Below, piece after piece: positions 13,990 through 26,020 of a stretch of DNA of 64,000 nt (its first letter is position 1; each line of letters opens with the position of its first letter). The position numbers were made by a program, and so were the translations under genes. The stretch is from Chiloscyllium plagiosum (lineage: Eukaryota). Below the pieces are notes generated by a model. That model was not told the DNA's origin. It made no database searches and saw only the letters and a program-made list of their open reading frames with translations. The stretch is from the NCBI RefSeq assembly GCF_004010195.1, contig NC_057719.1, forward strand, positions 33,030,563 to 33,094,562, written 5' to 3'.

Positions 13990-14860
13990 TATCTGTACTT
14001 TGTGCCCTAGCTACCAACACTGTCTCTCTTCCTCCCACCTATCTGAGAGTGAAACAGACTGTTGGCAACCACGGTCTCTTATATAACTCTGGGACAAGTT
14101 CACAACCATATGCTCATTCAACAATTAGGTTAGCATATTTCCATCTACATAATATTGCTCAACTTGGCCCCTGTCTCAACTCATCGACTGCCAAAACCCT
14201 CTTTCATGCCGTCATTACCTCTAAAATTGACCACTCCAACTCACTCCTAGGTGGCCTTTCATATTCTACCCATGGTAAACGCAGTTATCTGAAACTCTGC
14301 TGCCTGTGTCCTGACTGACACCACATTCCTTTTCCCCATAATCTCTATACTCGCTGAGTTATGTTGACTCCCACTCAGCAGCATCATGATTTTAAAATTT
14401 TCATCTTTTTTTTTTAAAATCATCAATGCCTCACTCTTTAGCTTCCAACCACGCAACTCTTCATAACATCTGCAATGCCTATTTCTGGCCACTTAAGCAA
14501 CTTTGATTGTAATTGTTCCACTCTTGGTGGCATTTCTCCACTTGCCTAGATCTCAAACAAAAGCAAATTGCTGGAAGGACTCAGCAGGTCTGGCAGCATC
14601 TGTGGAGAGAAATCAGAGTTAATGTTTCGGGTCCAGTGACCATTCTTCAGATTTAGGCCTCGATCTCAAACTTTGGAACTCCCTCCCTAATCTTCTCCAC
14701 CTCACTTCTTTCTATAAGGCATTTGTTAAAATCAAAAACCTGAGTCACCTGACCCTCCTTACAGGGCTCAGTGAGGTAATTTTGAGATGAGAGTGCGATG
14801 TGTTTGACACTATTCCTTGAGTCCACCTGCGGTGAATTATTATGTTATGGTGCTTTCGAA
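13990..14860 (+). mobile_element. L2-type LINE 3' fragment, interrupted by a PLE end
   Basis: AYFHLHNIAQLGPCLNSSTAKTLFHAVITSKIDHSNSLLGGL is the typical L2 ORF2 C-terminal motif. Confidence 0.8.
14559..14656 (-). mobile_element. Short PLE terminal fragment with hammerhead-like motif and 15-bp TSD
   Basis: GCCTAGATCTCAAAC 14544-14558 / GCCTCGATCTCAAAC 14657-14671; minus strand 14650-14620 reads CTGAAGA-atggtcactggaccc-GAAACATTA. Confidence 0.8.
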
Positions 14861-15918
14861 ATATAAGTTTTTGTTGACGTTGAACTCCCTCATTTAGCCA
14901 GGAAGTAGAGTCTATAATGGGTTCAACAGTAATGATTTCAAAATATGAGACATTTAAATATTTTTTTATCTGGACACAATGACAAGCACTTCAACGTCAT
15001 CTTTGGCACAGATGTTAATGACACAAAAATCTTTAGCAAAAGCTAAAACTCAGTTACAGCCAATAACCTTCACCCTACTGCTTGACATTTACACAATAAT
15101 GCTTGAATATGTGGAGACTCTGTTGCCAAATTAAGGTTATGTTGAATAATTAAAATCACAGATAGAAATCGATGATTGTTTGTCTCCTTAATCTGGTCTC
15201 TCACCAATGCAAAACTGCACACTACACTATTAATGTTGTCTAAGATGATTGCACCAATGCCACAGACATCTGTTCTTCTGTAAATGATGTCTTGACATCA
15301 ATATCTCACTACACAACATGCTATTTGTTGATGCTTGATGTTGAGACACCCTGAAGGATAACATCAGTGTATTTTACTGGGTTCCTAGATTACTACAGAT
15401 AGAACCTGGATCTTTCTTAGATCTGATGATCCAGTAACGTGCTCTCCAGCATTTTATAACAGACTGTGAACTCTGATATTACACAAGTTGGCTCACCTCA
15501 CCTCAATACTGTCTTCAATGTCAGCAGTCTTTAACATTTTTGCTTTTCTACAGCTCGTGAAGTCATTTTGGTTTCATAAGTGATGCTCAAAAATAACTCA
15601 TTCCCAAATCATATATGTGAAGGAAAAAACAGACCAACGTCTTCACACATTATAACCATCAACCTTGAAAAGGTTTATAAATGCTATGTCCACCGCGAGA
15701 TTAAAATCTTTCTCTTTCACTTGCTACTATCTGTTCCTTCTAGCTGCTAAGTAGTTCCAATAATTCATTTTAACAATGGTAATTAATGCAATTTGTTTTA
15801 ATTCTGGATATATACTTCAGTCTTCAGACATATACCTTTACTCTGCTGAAGCTATGTATTATAATGGCAATAAGGTGAAAATTATGCTAATGGTAATCAG
15901 AAAGGGAACTGAAACTAT

Positions 15919-16727
15919 GGGCTGGATTTTATGAAACAGACAATCCTGGCCCACAAGACCTTAAAGGTTAGGGACAATCTACACTCACTCTCAATGGCTT
16001 CCCTGCAGCAATTTAACACTGGGAGCAGCATTAACTGTTTAAAAGCAAGACATCGTGTTCTACCTCTGCAGGACACTCCAATTTAGAAAGTGACTCGCGA
16101 TTTGATAGCTTTGTAGTCCCACCAGCACCAATGGGTCTCACCATGCGAGGGATTTCAAAGAAGTCTGGAGTTGGGTGTCTCACAGAAGATGACAGGGGGG
16201 AAAAATAGGCCACTCAACTCCTCAAATCTGTTCCTCTACTGAGCTCAATATTCTCACCCCAATCCTCCCCCTTTTAGCGCCATGACAGCAATATCTACCT
16301 CCTTGTTGGAAACACAAAATGCTTTGACCTCAACTGCTTTCTGTGGTCATGAATTCTACAGGCGTACCAGCTACAGGGTTAAGAAGTTTCTCTTCAACTC
16401 AGTCCTAAAAGGTTTACCCCTTATCCTTAAACTATGACCCCTTGACGAGGGGTTTGAAATGTGATTCAAGAGGCCAGGTGGGGGACTGATGATCCTGAGG
16501 TAATACATAGGGCATGGTGCCCTGTAAAAGAAGCTCCTTGCAGCAATCAGGCAGACCACTTGGGGAGTCAAAAGCTTCTCATGGGATGTTCCCCCCAGTC
16601 CATCCTCATCCCACCACCACCACTGACATGGGTGAAATATCAGTGGCGGCAGATGAAGCCCACAAGTGGCCATGAATTGACCATTTCAGGTTCTCAATAG
16701 GTCCAAGGGAAATGTAAAATCCAGCCC
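15919..16727. mobile_element. Non-autonomous TIR DNA element (possibly PIF/Harbinger-like) containing a CR1 fragment at about 16290-16445
   Basis: Terminal inverted repeats GGGCTGGATTTTA 15919-15931 / TAAAATCCAGCCC 16715-16727; TSD not clean (TAT/TTT). Confidence 0.55.
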
Positions 16728-16903
16728 TTTACTTGCTGGATACTAAAGTCTTGGCAGCAAACTCTCTGCAAAATGATTCTGCCAGGTGAATCGGACAAAT
16801 GCAGGAAAACAAACATTTTTACCATGCTAAATTAAGACAACAGGGGAATAAAATACAACCTGTAATATAAATATATCGCATTAATGACATTTCAAATGAG
16901 TAC

Positions 16904-17173
16904 CTGTCACAAGGAAACTACACGTGCCAGCACCAGCCTCATTGATTATGCTGCAGTTGTAAACTCCATAGCTGTCTTTGGAAAGATTGTCCACTCTGAT
17001 CTGTGTATAATCCTGTGATTCAAATCGCCCTGTTAATAAAATCTTATTGCCCAGCTTCCATTCAAAGGTCAGCACACGAGTTGGGTAGGCTTTCAGTACT
17101 CTGCAGGTCATGGTAATGCTCCTGCCTTGACCCTGTCGAATCTCCAGAAATGTAGGCTCCACACTTGGTGGGT
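16904..17173 (-). CDS. MDGA2: Internal coding exon of MDGA2 (MAM domain-containing GPI anchor protein 2), sixth Ig-like domain; 270 bp, phase 1-1
   Basis: Translation [90 protein letters not shown] has the Ig C...W...YxC pattern and closely matches my recollection of vertebrate MDGA2 Ig6 ([30 protein letters not shown]...[23 protein letters not shown]). Minus-strand acceptor ttttgcag|AC at 17174/17173 and donor ACAG|gta at 16904/16903. Confidence 0.93.
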
Positions 17174-17675
17174 CTGCAAAATGGAAAGACATGCTTGAGT
17201 CAATGTGTTCATTTTGTGATCAGGTTTCTTAATGGCAAACAGAAAATTTGGACAAAATTTTTTTAAAATCAAAGCAGTATCTTGTGAAGTAATTGATGGA
17301 GATGATTATGAACAATTAGCAACACATCCAATTAAGACTTGTATAGGTAATGATACCCTTTAAATAATAAAACTGATTGAAAAGGAAGAAAACTTGCATT
17401 TTAGTAGCACCTTATCAGAATAGTTTACAAATATTTTAGAAACACTGGCCAGAATTTGTTGAAAAAAATGCCTTTAATCAATACACACTGTCATAAAACT
17501 GGATGTTGACCAGGACATAATGTTGAGGAAGAGATACCATATCAAGTTTTAGCAAATTAAGCTGGACACATAGAGGGAGTCACAACGGGAAAACATTTTT
17601 GTCACAATGATCATAATTCAGTTAGCTTTAAGGAAGTTACAGAACAGAACAAAACTGAACAGGAGTTAGAATTCT

Positions 17676-18516
17676 CCAACAACAAAAACAGAAATTACTG
17701 GAAAAGCTCAGCAGGTCAGACAGCATCTGTGAAGAGAAATCAGAGTTAATGTTTCAGGTCCAGTGACCCTTCCTCAGAACTGATGGTAGCTAGGAAAATG
17801 TCAGTTTAAACAGAAGATAGGGTGGGGGAATGGGGTAAGAAGTAAATGACTGGTGGGGATAGAGCCCAAAGAGAGAGAAGAACAATTGGACAGACAAAAA
17901 AGTGGATAACGATCTGGCTGGGAGGGTGAATAGCTGTTCATGGAGACTGTTAGTGGCTCAAAATAGGTTGTAATGGCAGACAAGGCCTGGTGTGTGGGGT
18001 TTGGGGCTAGGACCGGGGAGAGTTCAGGCCCTAAAATTATTGAACTCAATATTGAGTCTGGAAGGCTGCAGGGTCCCCAAGCGGAAAATAAGGTATTGTT
18101 CTTCCAGCTTGTGCTGTGCTTCACTGGAACACTGCAGCAAGCCTGAGACAGAGATTTTGGCCAGGGAACAGGGTGGTGTGTTAAAGTGACATGCAACAGA
18201 AAACTCAAGGTCTTTTTGCGGGCAGAACATAAATGCTCTGTGAAGCAGTCACCCAGTCTCTGCTTCAATTCCCAATGTAAAGAAGACCACATTGTGAGCA
18301 GTGATTGCAGGAGACCAGATTGTCTGAAGTATAGGAAAAGTATTGCTTCACCTGGAACGTGTGTTTGGGCCCTTGGATACCAAGGAGGGAGAAGATAAAT
18401 GGGCAGGTGTCTTACCTTCAGCAGTTGCAGGGGAAGGTGCATTGGGGGTGTGGTGGGCTGCTGAGAGTGAAGGAAGAGTAGACCAGGGTGCCCCAGAGGG
18501 AACAGTCTTGCAGTTT
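17676..18516 (-). mobile_element. 5'-truncated PLE (GIY-YIG end and terminus with hammerhead-like motif)
   Basis: VACHFNTPPCSLAKISVSGLLQCSSEAQHKLEEQYLIFRLGTLQPSRLNIEF; minus strand 17777-17747 reads CTGAGGA-agggtcactggacct-GAAACATTA; TTAGAATTCT at 17666-17675 and 18517-18526. Confidence 0.85.
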
Positions 18517-18529
18517 TTAGAATTCTACG

Positions 18530-19260
18530 TTGGGCCAAGGCCAATTTTCTAAGCATAGATTTAAGAAAAGTGGACTGGAAACAGCTACTTGTAGGTGAAT
18601 CAGAGGGGTGGGAGGCAGTCAAAAGGGAAATTCAAAGGTTTCAGAATAACTAGGCTGTCACAATAAAACAGCATGAGACATACAAATTTAGGGCCCTCTG
18701 GGATGTAAAGCAGTGTACAGGATAAGTCAGAAAAAGGAAGCTTATATGTGACATCAAGAACTAAATACAAGAGAAAGCAGGAATGAGTATAGATAATTTA
18801 GGGCTGAAACCAATAAGAAAATCAGGAAAGCAACAAGGGAGCAAGAAAGAATATTGACAATCAAAATCAATATGTATGCAAAGATGTTTTATTAATACTT
18901 GAAAAGTGAGAATATAATTGAGGAAAGAGTTAGGCTAGCAAAAGACTAATATGAAATCCATGTAGAGGCAGGGAATGTAGAAATAAAAACAAAGAATTGT
19001 GCTTTATGTGTTTTTGTGTTTTTATTGTCATTGATGTGGGTTTAAGGCTTAAGGATATTTTGTGTCTGTCTTCACAAATAACATGGATGATGCAGATAAT
19101 GTTTTTAAGAAGGAAGAGAGAGAATGAGTGGATGTGATTAATATTGGGCAAGAACACGTATTAATTGGATTAGCATAATCTGGTGCTGGATTAAATGTAC
19201 ACCCATCAATTAAAAGAAGTTAGGGAGGAACTCACAGAAAGTCTGACCATCATTTTCTCT
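18530..19260 (+). mobile_element. Very old CR1 ORF2 (linker region) fragment
   Basis: A-rich decayed sequence with remnants of ANF...KVDW and LKEVREELTESLTIIF. Confidence 0.5.
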
Positions 19261-19414
19261 TTTGTTTTGTTTTAAATCACCTGTGTTTAATTCCATTCTT
19301 TTTCTCAGTAAGACAGCAAATGAAAACAGCTTTGTGAACAGATTTTATTATTATTTTAATTTCCACCACCAGGAAAACACGCCTGTGGCCAATTGATATT
19401 TGCAAGCAAAGCCT

Positions 19415-20275
19415 GTAAGAGCTATGATTCAGACAGTATGGAAATAGACCCTTTGGTCCAACTAGTGCACACCAATCATGTTCCCAACCAAACTGGCTCC
19501 ACTTGTCTGCATTCGGTTCATTTCCTTCCTATCCTTTCATATTCACGTATTTATCCAAAAATCTTTTATATGTTATAACTGCACCTGCATCCATCACCTC
19601 CTCTGGCAATTCATTCCATATACTAACCACTCTGTGTAAAAAAAGTTGCCCCTCATGAGTTTTTAAAATTTTTGTCCTCTCACTTTAAAATTATTCCCCC
19701 TACTTTTAAAGTCCCTCACCTGAGGGAAAAGATACTTGCTATTCACCTTATCCATGCTTCTCCTGATTTTATAAACCTCAAGAGTACCCCTCAACCTCCT
19801 ACATTCCAGTGAAAAACTTCCCAGCCTATAAAGCTTATATCTATAACTCAAAACTTCCATTTTCAGAAACATCCAAATAACTCTTTTCTGAACCCTTTGC
19901 AATTTATAATAATCTTCCTATAGCAGGATGATCAGAACTGTAAACAGTACTCCAGATGAGACCTGATCAACATCCTGTACAACTCAACATATAATCTATA
20001 GTTAAAAGTCTGAGCAAAGAAGGCAAATATGCTAAATGCCTTCTTAACCACCCTGTTTATCTGTGACACAAATTACAAACAATTATGTACCTGAACCCCT
20101 ATGCTCTATAATAACACCCAGGGCCTGATCATTAATTGTATTAGTCCTGCCCTGTTTGTTTTACCAAAATGAAATACCTTACATTTATCCAAATTGAACA
20201 CCAACTGCCACTCTTTAGTCCATTGACTTAGATGATCAAGATCTCTGTAATTTTTGATAGCCCTCTTCACTGCCC
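19415..20275 (-). mobile_element. CR1 LINE 3' portion
   Basis: QRVQKRVIWMFLKMEVLSYRYKLYRLGSFSLECRRLRG (ORF 19663-19902) plus CR1 tail. Confidence 0.85.
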
Positions 20276-20392
20276 AGCTTTAGACTAGTGCCGACACAAT
20301 GTTCTAGTGGGCTTTGTCAACTTTCTATGATTCTATGAATTGCAAATTATCATAAGTCACCAGATCTAGAAACATAGAAAACTTTCTTTTTC

Positions 20393-20730
20393 AGAATCCC
20401 TACAGTGGAGAAACAAGCTGTTCGACCCAACAAGTCTACACTGATTCTCCGAAGACCAAGCCCCTCAGACTCACCTCCTACTCTGTATTTCCCACGGCTA
20501 ATCCACCTAGCCTACACCTCCCTGGACACTATGCGCAATTTAACATGGCCAATCCACTTTACCTGCACATTGTTGGACTGTGGGATGAAACTGGAGCACC
20601 CGAAGAAAACCCATGCAGACACAGGGAGAATGTGCAAACTCCACGCAGCAAGTTACCCGAGGTTGGAATTGAACCCGGGTCCCTGGCGCTGTGAGGCAGC
20701 AGTGCTAACTACTGAGCCACTGTGCCACCA
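20393..20730 (-). mobile_element. HE1-type V-SINE
   Basis: Same A/B box, V-domain and tail organisation as 13197-13489. Confidence 0.88.
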
Positions 20731-20734
20731 TTGG

Positions 20735-21800
20735 CATGAACAAATATAGGCCATTGGTCCTTTGAGACTGCTTCAATATTTAATATGATCATGGCTGATC
20801 ATCCAACTCAATAACCTTTTTTCATTTTCAACCCAGACCTTTTGATCCCTGAGAACGATATCTAATTCCTTCATGAAAACATAGATGTTTTGGTCACAAC
20901 CATTTTCTGTGGCAGAAAATTCCACAGGCTCACCACTCTTCTGGTGAAGAAATTTCTCATATCTCAATCCTAAGTGACCTACCTCCTACACTCAGACTGT
21001 GACCCGGGTACTGGACTTCCCACTCATCAGGAACATCCTTCTTGCATTGACCCTCTATTCCTGTTAGAATCTTTCGGGTTTTCTATAAGATTCTTCTCAA
21101 CTCCAGTGAATATTAGTCCTAACCGATCCAATCTCCCTTCATCTGTCCATTCTTTGCTCACAAGAATCAGTCTGATGAAACTTTGTGGCACTCCTTCTCG
21201 AGGCAAGATCCCATTCCTGAGATAAGGAGACCAAACTGCACACAGATGTGGTTGCATCAAGACCCTGTACAATTGCATTCCTGCTCCAGTACACGAATCC
21301 TCTCGCCATGTGCCCAACATACTATTTGCCTTCCTCACTACCTGCTGCATCTGCATACATACTTTCATAGCGACAAGGACATCAAAATCTTTTTCAAATC
21401 TCTCTTTTCCCAATCAATGGCCATTCGGATAATACTCTGCCTCCTTATTTTTGCTACCAAAGTGGATAACCTTACACTTATCTTACAGATTTGATTTGAT
21501 TTGATTTACCGAAGAACAGTGAAAAGCTTTATTTATGAGCTGTACAGGCAGATCATAGTAAGAGGGTACAGGTCAAAGGTTGTAAAAAAAATCGAGACAG
21601 AGGCATACAGGCTATGTTGTGTGTGCTAGGTGAGATCAACGTGAACAGATTAGCATTCTTTGAGGTTAGAGAGTCTATTCTTGAACATCTACTGAGCATT
21701 TGCTCACTCACTCAACTTGTCCAAATCACACTAAAGCATCTCAATATCCTCATCATAGCTCACCCTCTCCCCCCACTTTGTGTCACCTGTAAACTTGGAA
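20735..21800 (-). mobile_element. Old CR1 3' portion, interrupted at about 21487-21680 by a (GATTT)n-tailed repeat fragment
   Basis: MQMQQVVRKANSMLG...QLYRVLMQPHL..WSPYLR; the inserted fragment resembles 61010-61190. Confidence 0.7.
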
Positions 21801-23264
21801 AGACACATGCACCATTTCAATGTTAATGTTACAAAAATGGCATGCCATGCCAACTTCTCTGTATTTCACACAAATGTTGTAATTTCACATTAATGACCCA
21901 TTCAAGAGTTAGGTCTAATGGTTAACAGAATGAATACTCTTTTTAAAATGTATTAAATGTTTCTGATTTTCATTCATGTTTGGGCTTAGAAAGCAAATAA
22001 TGTAACGTTTGGTGTCTCAGCTTTTTCAGCAGCAAATCATTGGAAATTTTTAAAACGTCAAAGCTCAAATTGGATATTTTTTCCTACTTTTCTTTCAATC
22101 TCTTGTTTTTTTTTCTTGTCTAAAACAATCTCTTTTCTTAACTTTTACTTGTCTTTTTGAACCTAATTTCACAACAAATACATTTCCTTTAATTCATCCT
22201 CCTCCCCTTTTATTTCTCAACGTTTACATTTCATTGATTACAGTGATATGTCATTGGTTCCATTGCACACCAACTGTTCCAGATTCTCTGCTTCCTACAT
22301 TCACCATCATCAGCTCACAGTGCAAGCAAGAAAAATGGCAAATAAAATTGAGATTGAAAGGTGCAGGGAAGTCTACCTAACTCAGCATATCCCAAGATGA
22401 CGCACTCTATCAAATTCCAGCCAGTAAGGTAGTCAGTTACTGTGCTGTAAGTAAATAAATACAACAATTTTAGACAAAACAAAATCTTCAAAACCGAAAT
22501 GAAGCTGGGTGAGAATTGATGACCAGAATGCTGACAGTTTAATTTTTGTAATATTTAAAATGCAGTCAAGTCCCAGATCAGACTTGCATCAACATCCATT
22601 TGAAGGACAGTACTTTTGACATACACTGGACTGCTCAAAAATTAGATCATGCCTTCAGATCTTGGTATGAGGTTTGAATTCAATCCTCAAACTCAAAGGG
22701 GTGTGTCTAATGATGGTTCCAAACTTTTGCATCGGCACACTTCAATGGGACAAGTAATTCCACAGCACACCCACATTTTTCAACTGTACTGATTGCTCAT
22801 AAACATTACATTTTCTTGCATTTATTATGGTTACACCCACTTGTTTCAGTACTGAGCAATTTACACAATGGTCCATAGACGACTGCCTGGAAGATCTGGG
22901 ATGAGGAGGGATAAAAACACACACTGAGAAGCCAGACCCTCAGTGAAGATTTGCAGCAAAACTCATAACAGAAGACCATGCTGTATGTCAATGAGATCCA
23001 GAGAAAATCCACCCTGACCTGAGAGACATATCTTTGTCGAAGAGAGCTAGCTTTCCATCAGAAAGGAAATGATTCCAGATTAAACACATGGATAATTGTG
23101 GGTAATATCCTTTCTCGAATAGATAGGGCTAGATAAAAGGGAAATGCTGTGAGAGTTAGGGAAATGCTCATTTGGTATTCAATTAATGAATATTTTGTTC
23201 ATAAAATACAAGTTGAACCACAAGCTGAATTTTGTACCCTATGGTCCATCCCGCCAACAAAAGC

Positions 23265-24645
23265 ACTCATAGAGTCATGGAGATGTACAGCATGGAAACA
23301 GATCCTTTAGTCCAACCTGTCCATGCTGACCAGATATCCCAACCCAATCTAGTCCCACCTTCCAGCACCCGATCCGTATCCCTCCAAACCCTTCCTATTC
23401 ATATACCCATCCAGATGCCTTTTAAATGTTGTAATTGTACTAGCTTCCACCAGTTCCTCTGGCCGCTCATTTTACACATGCACCACCCTGTGTATGAAAA
23501 AGTTGCCTCTTAGGTCTCTTTTATATCTTTCCCGTCTCACCCTCAACCTCCGCCCTCTAGTTCTGGACTCCCCGACCCCACGAAAAGAGCTTGTCTATTT
23601 ACCCTGTCCATGCCCCTCATGATTTTATAAACCTCTATAAGGTCACCCCTCAGCCTCTGATGCTCCAGGGAAAACAGCCCCAGCCTGTTCAGCCTTTCCC
23701 TTTTGCTCAGATCCTCCTACCCTGGCAACATCCTTGTAAATCTTTTCTGAACCCTTTCAAGTGTCACAACTTCCTTCCAATAGGAAGGAGACCAGAATTG
23801 CACGCAATATTCCAACAGTGGCCTAACCAATGTCCTGTAGAGCCGCAACATGACATCCCAACTCTTGTACTCAATACTCCGCCCGATAAAGGAAAGCATA
23901 CCAAACGCCTTCTTCACTATCCTATCTACCTGCAACTCCACTTTCAAGGAGCTATGAACCTGCACTCCAAGGTCTCTTTGTTCAGCAACATTCCCTAGGA
24001 CCGTACCATTAAGTGTATAAGTCCTGCTAAGAATTGCTGACCCAAAATGCAGCACCTCGCATTTATCTGAATTAAACTCCATCTGCCACTTCTCAGCCCA
24101 TTGACCCATCTGATCAAGATCCCATTGTAATCTGAGGTAACGTTCTTCACTGTCCACTACACCTCCAATTTTGGTGTCATCTGCAAACTTACTAACTATA
24201 CCTCTGAAGCTCACATCCAAAATGATGAAAAGTAGAGGACCCAGCACCGATTCTTGTGGTACTCCACTGGTCACAGGCCTCCAAGCTGAAAAGCAATCCT
24301 CCACCACCACCCTCTGTCTTCTACGTTCAAGCCAGTTCTGTAACCAAATGGCGAGTTCTCCCTGTATTCCATGAGATCTAACCTTGCTAAACAATCTCCC
24401 ATGGGGAACCTTGTCAAATGCCTTACTGTAGTCCATGTAGATCACGTCTACTGCTCTGCCCTCAACAATCCTCTTTGTTAAAAAAACTCAATCAAGTTTG
24501 TGAGACATGATTTCCCTCACACAAAGCCATGTTGACTATTCCTAATCCTTGCCTTTCCAAATACATGTACATCCTGTCCCTCAGGGTTCCCTCCAACAAC
24601 TTGCCCACCACTGACATCAGGCTCACTGGTCTATAGTTCCCACCA
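23265..24645 (-). mobile_element. Young 5'-truncated CR1 (RT and tail)
   Basis: 242-aa ORF 23717-24445 with YMDYSKAFDKVPH, GVPQESVLGP and KFADDTK; tail ctccatgactctatga. Confidence 0.93.
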
Positions 24646-25082
24646 CTGTGTCTTAACAAAAACAATTTCAATTGTGTTTCAGGAAAGAGGCATGTCGTGC
24701 ATGATATTTAAACAAAACTTTGTGCTGAGTTTACAATACAGCATTGCTCTTTTCCGTTATATCTCATTTTCATATGTCAACCTGTCAGTAATAAGAATGG
24801 TTAAATCTTCCACAATGACTCACTTCCATGATCAAGAATATTTTTATAGAATGGAGTAGAATCATAGAATTGTGACGATGCTGTGGCTTTAAGAGGTTAC
24901 ATTGTCAGTTTTTTTTTAAGAGAGGTTGGAAGGCTGAAGAGAAAAGCAGTCTACCGACACCACTGGAGCAAACAGCTCGTGAGGCAAAAGTGAGGACTGT
25001 AGATGCTATAAATCAGAGTTTAGATTAGAGTGGTGCTGGAAAAACACAGAAGGTCAGACAGCATCCGAGGAGCAGGAAAATC

Positions 25083-25110
25083 GACGTTTCGGGCAAAAGC
25101 CCTTCATCAG
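25083..25110 (-). ncRNA. Minimal type I hammerhead ribozyme motif, intact core
   Basis: Minus strand CTGATGA-a-gggc-tttt-gccc-GAAACGTC: catalytic boxes, perfect helix II, palindromic ACGT in place of helix III, cleavage triplet GUC. Confidence 0.8.
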
Positions 25111-25180
25111 GAATGAGGCTGGGAGCCTCTGGGGTGGAGTGATTTTTATCTCTTCACCCTGGAGGCTCCCTGCCTCATTC

Positions 25181-25208
25181 CTGATGAAGGGCTTTTGCCC
25201 GAAATGTC
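25181..25208 (+). ncRNA. Minimal hammerhead motif (CpG-decayed copy)
   Basis: CTGATGA-agggcttttgccc-GAAATGTC. Confidence 0.7.
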
Positions 25209-25814
25209 AATTTTCCTGCTCCTTGGAGGCTGCCTGACCTGCTGTGATTTTCCAGCACCACTCTAATCGAAACAGCTCGTGAGGCCTTGGGTTTGTTTTA
25301 AAGGTGGAACAATGGAGGCAGCCTAGCTGGGCGTGGCCATCTCTCACAGACCAGGCTTTCTAGGCTTTTTGTAGATTTTAGATTTAACTTTAAGTAGTTG
25401 CTGTTGTGGATTTGAAAAGTAGAAGCTATCTTTTTCCTCTCTCGGTTACAGCTAGGACCTGTGGTTTCTATCTGCTGCAAGTTACCTGTGAGACAGATCT
25501 ATTTTGTTGAATTTTCCTTTTTGCTAAGGAGTGGTTTATGGGATCTAACTATATTGGAACAGTTAATGAGTAATAGTTACTATATCTATTATTCTGTTAA
25601 GTTTTCCAATAGAGTTGTTATTCTAAGTTCCTCTTTCTTTGATTGCATTTTAACTAGAATGTTTAAATAAATTATTTTGCTTCATGTTAGTAGTTTGACA
25701 AGTTGCATTGCATCTGGAACATGACATTTCACATTTGACTTTAACCTAAGTAATAGTTACGGTCCAGGCTACCTTCTTAAAATATTCTGATGGGGTCTTG
25801 TTTGGTCAATAACA

Positions 25815-26020
25815 GAATCCCTACATCGTAGGTACAGGCCGTTCAGCCCAACGAGTCTGCACTGACTCTTCGAAGTGCATCTAACCCAGACACATCCCTA
25901 TCCTTGTAACCCCATATTTACCGTGGCTAACCCACCTAGCCTGCACTTTCCTGGATACTAAGCTAACGTGCACATCTTTGGACTGTGGGAGGAAACCAGA
26001 GTACAGCAATGCTAACCGAT
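25815..26020 (-). mobile_element. HE1-type SINE, internally deleted
   Basis: gaatccctaca...caggccgttcagcccaac...gcacatctttggactgtgggaggaaacc. Confidence 0.75.

Larger units (their letters stand above)
24986..25269. mobile_element. Palindromic mini-PLE (about 120-bp arms) with two hammerhead motifs and a 16-bp TSD
   Basis: AAACAGCTCGTGAGGC at 24970-24985 and 25270-25285; 25023-25143 is the reverse complement of about 25146-25268. Confidence 0.92.
24871..25814 (+). mobile_element. Solo LTR (TG...CA, 4-bp TSD GAAT) inserted in a SINE tail
   Basis: Starts TGTGAC and ends TAACA; GAAT at 24867-24870 and 25815-25818; AATAAA near 25666. Removing it restores the SINE tail atcatagaatccctaca. Confidence 0.75.

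Noticed and set aside
1..16900. Search for the next MDGA2 exon (FN3 start, KAYAPEFYYD-like)
   Set aside because: Not found by eye; probably outside the window, though a short exon could be missed.
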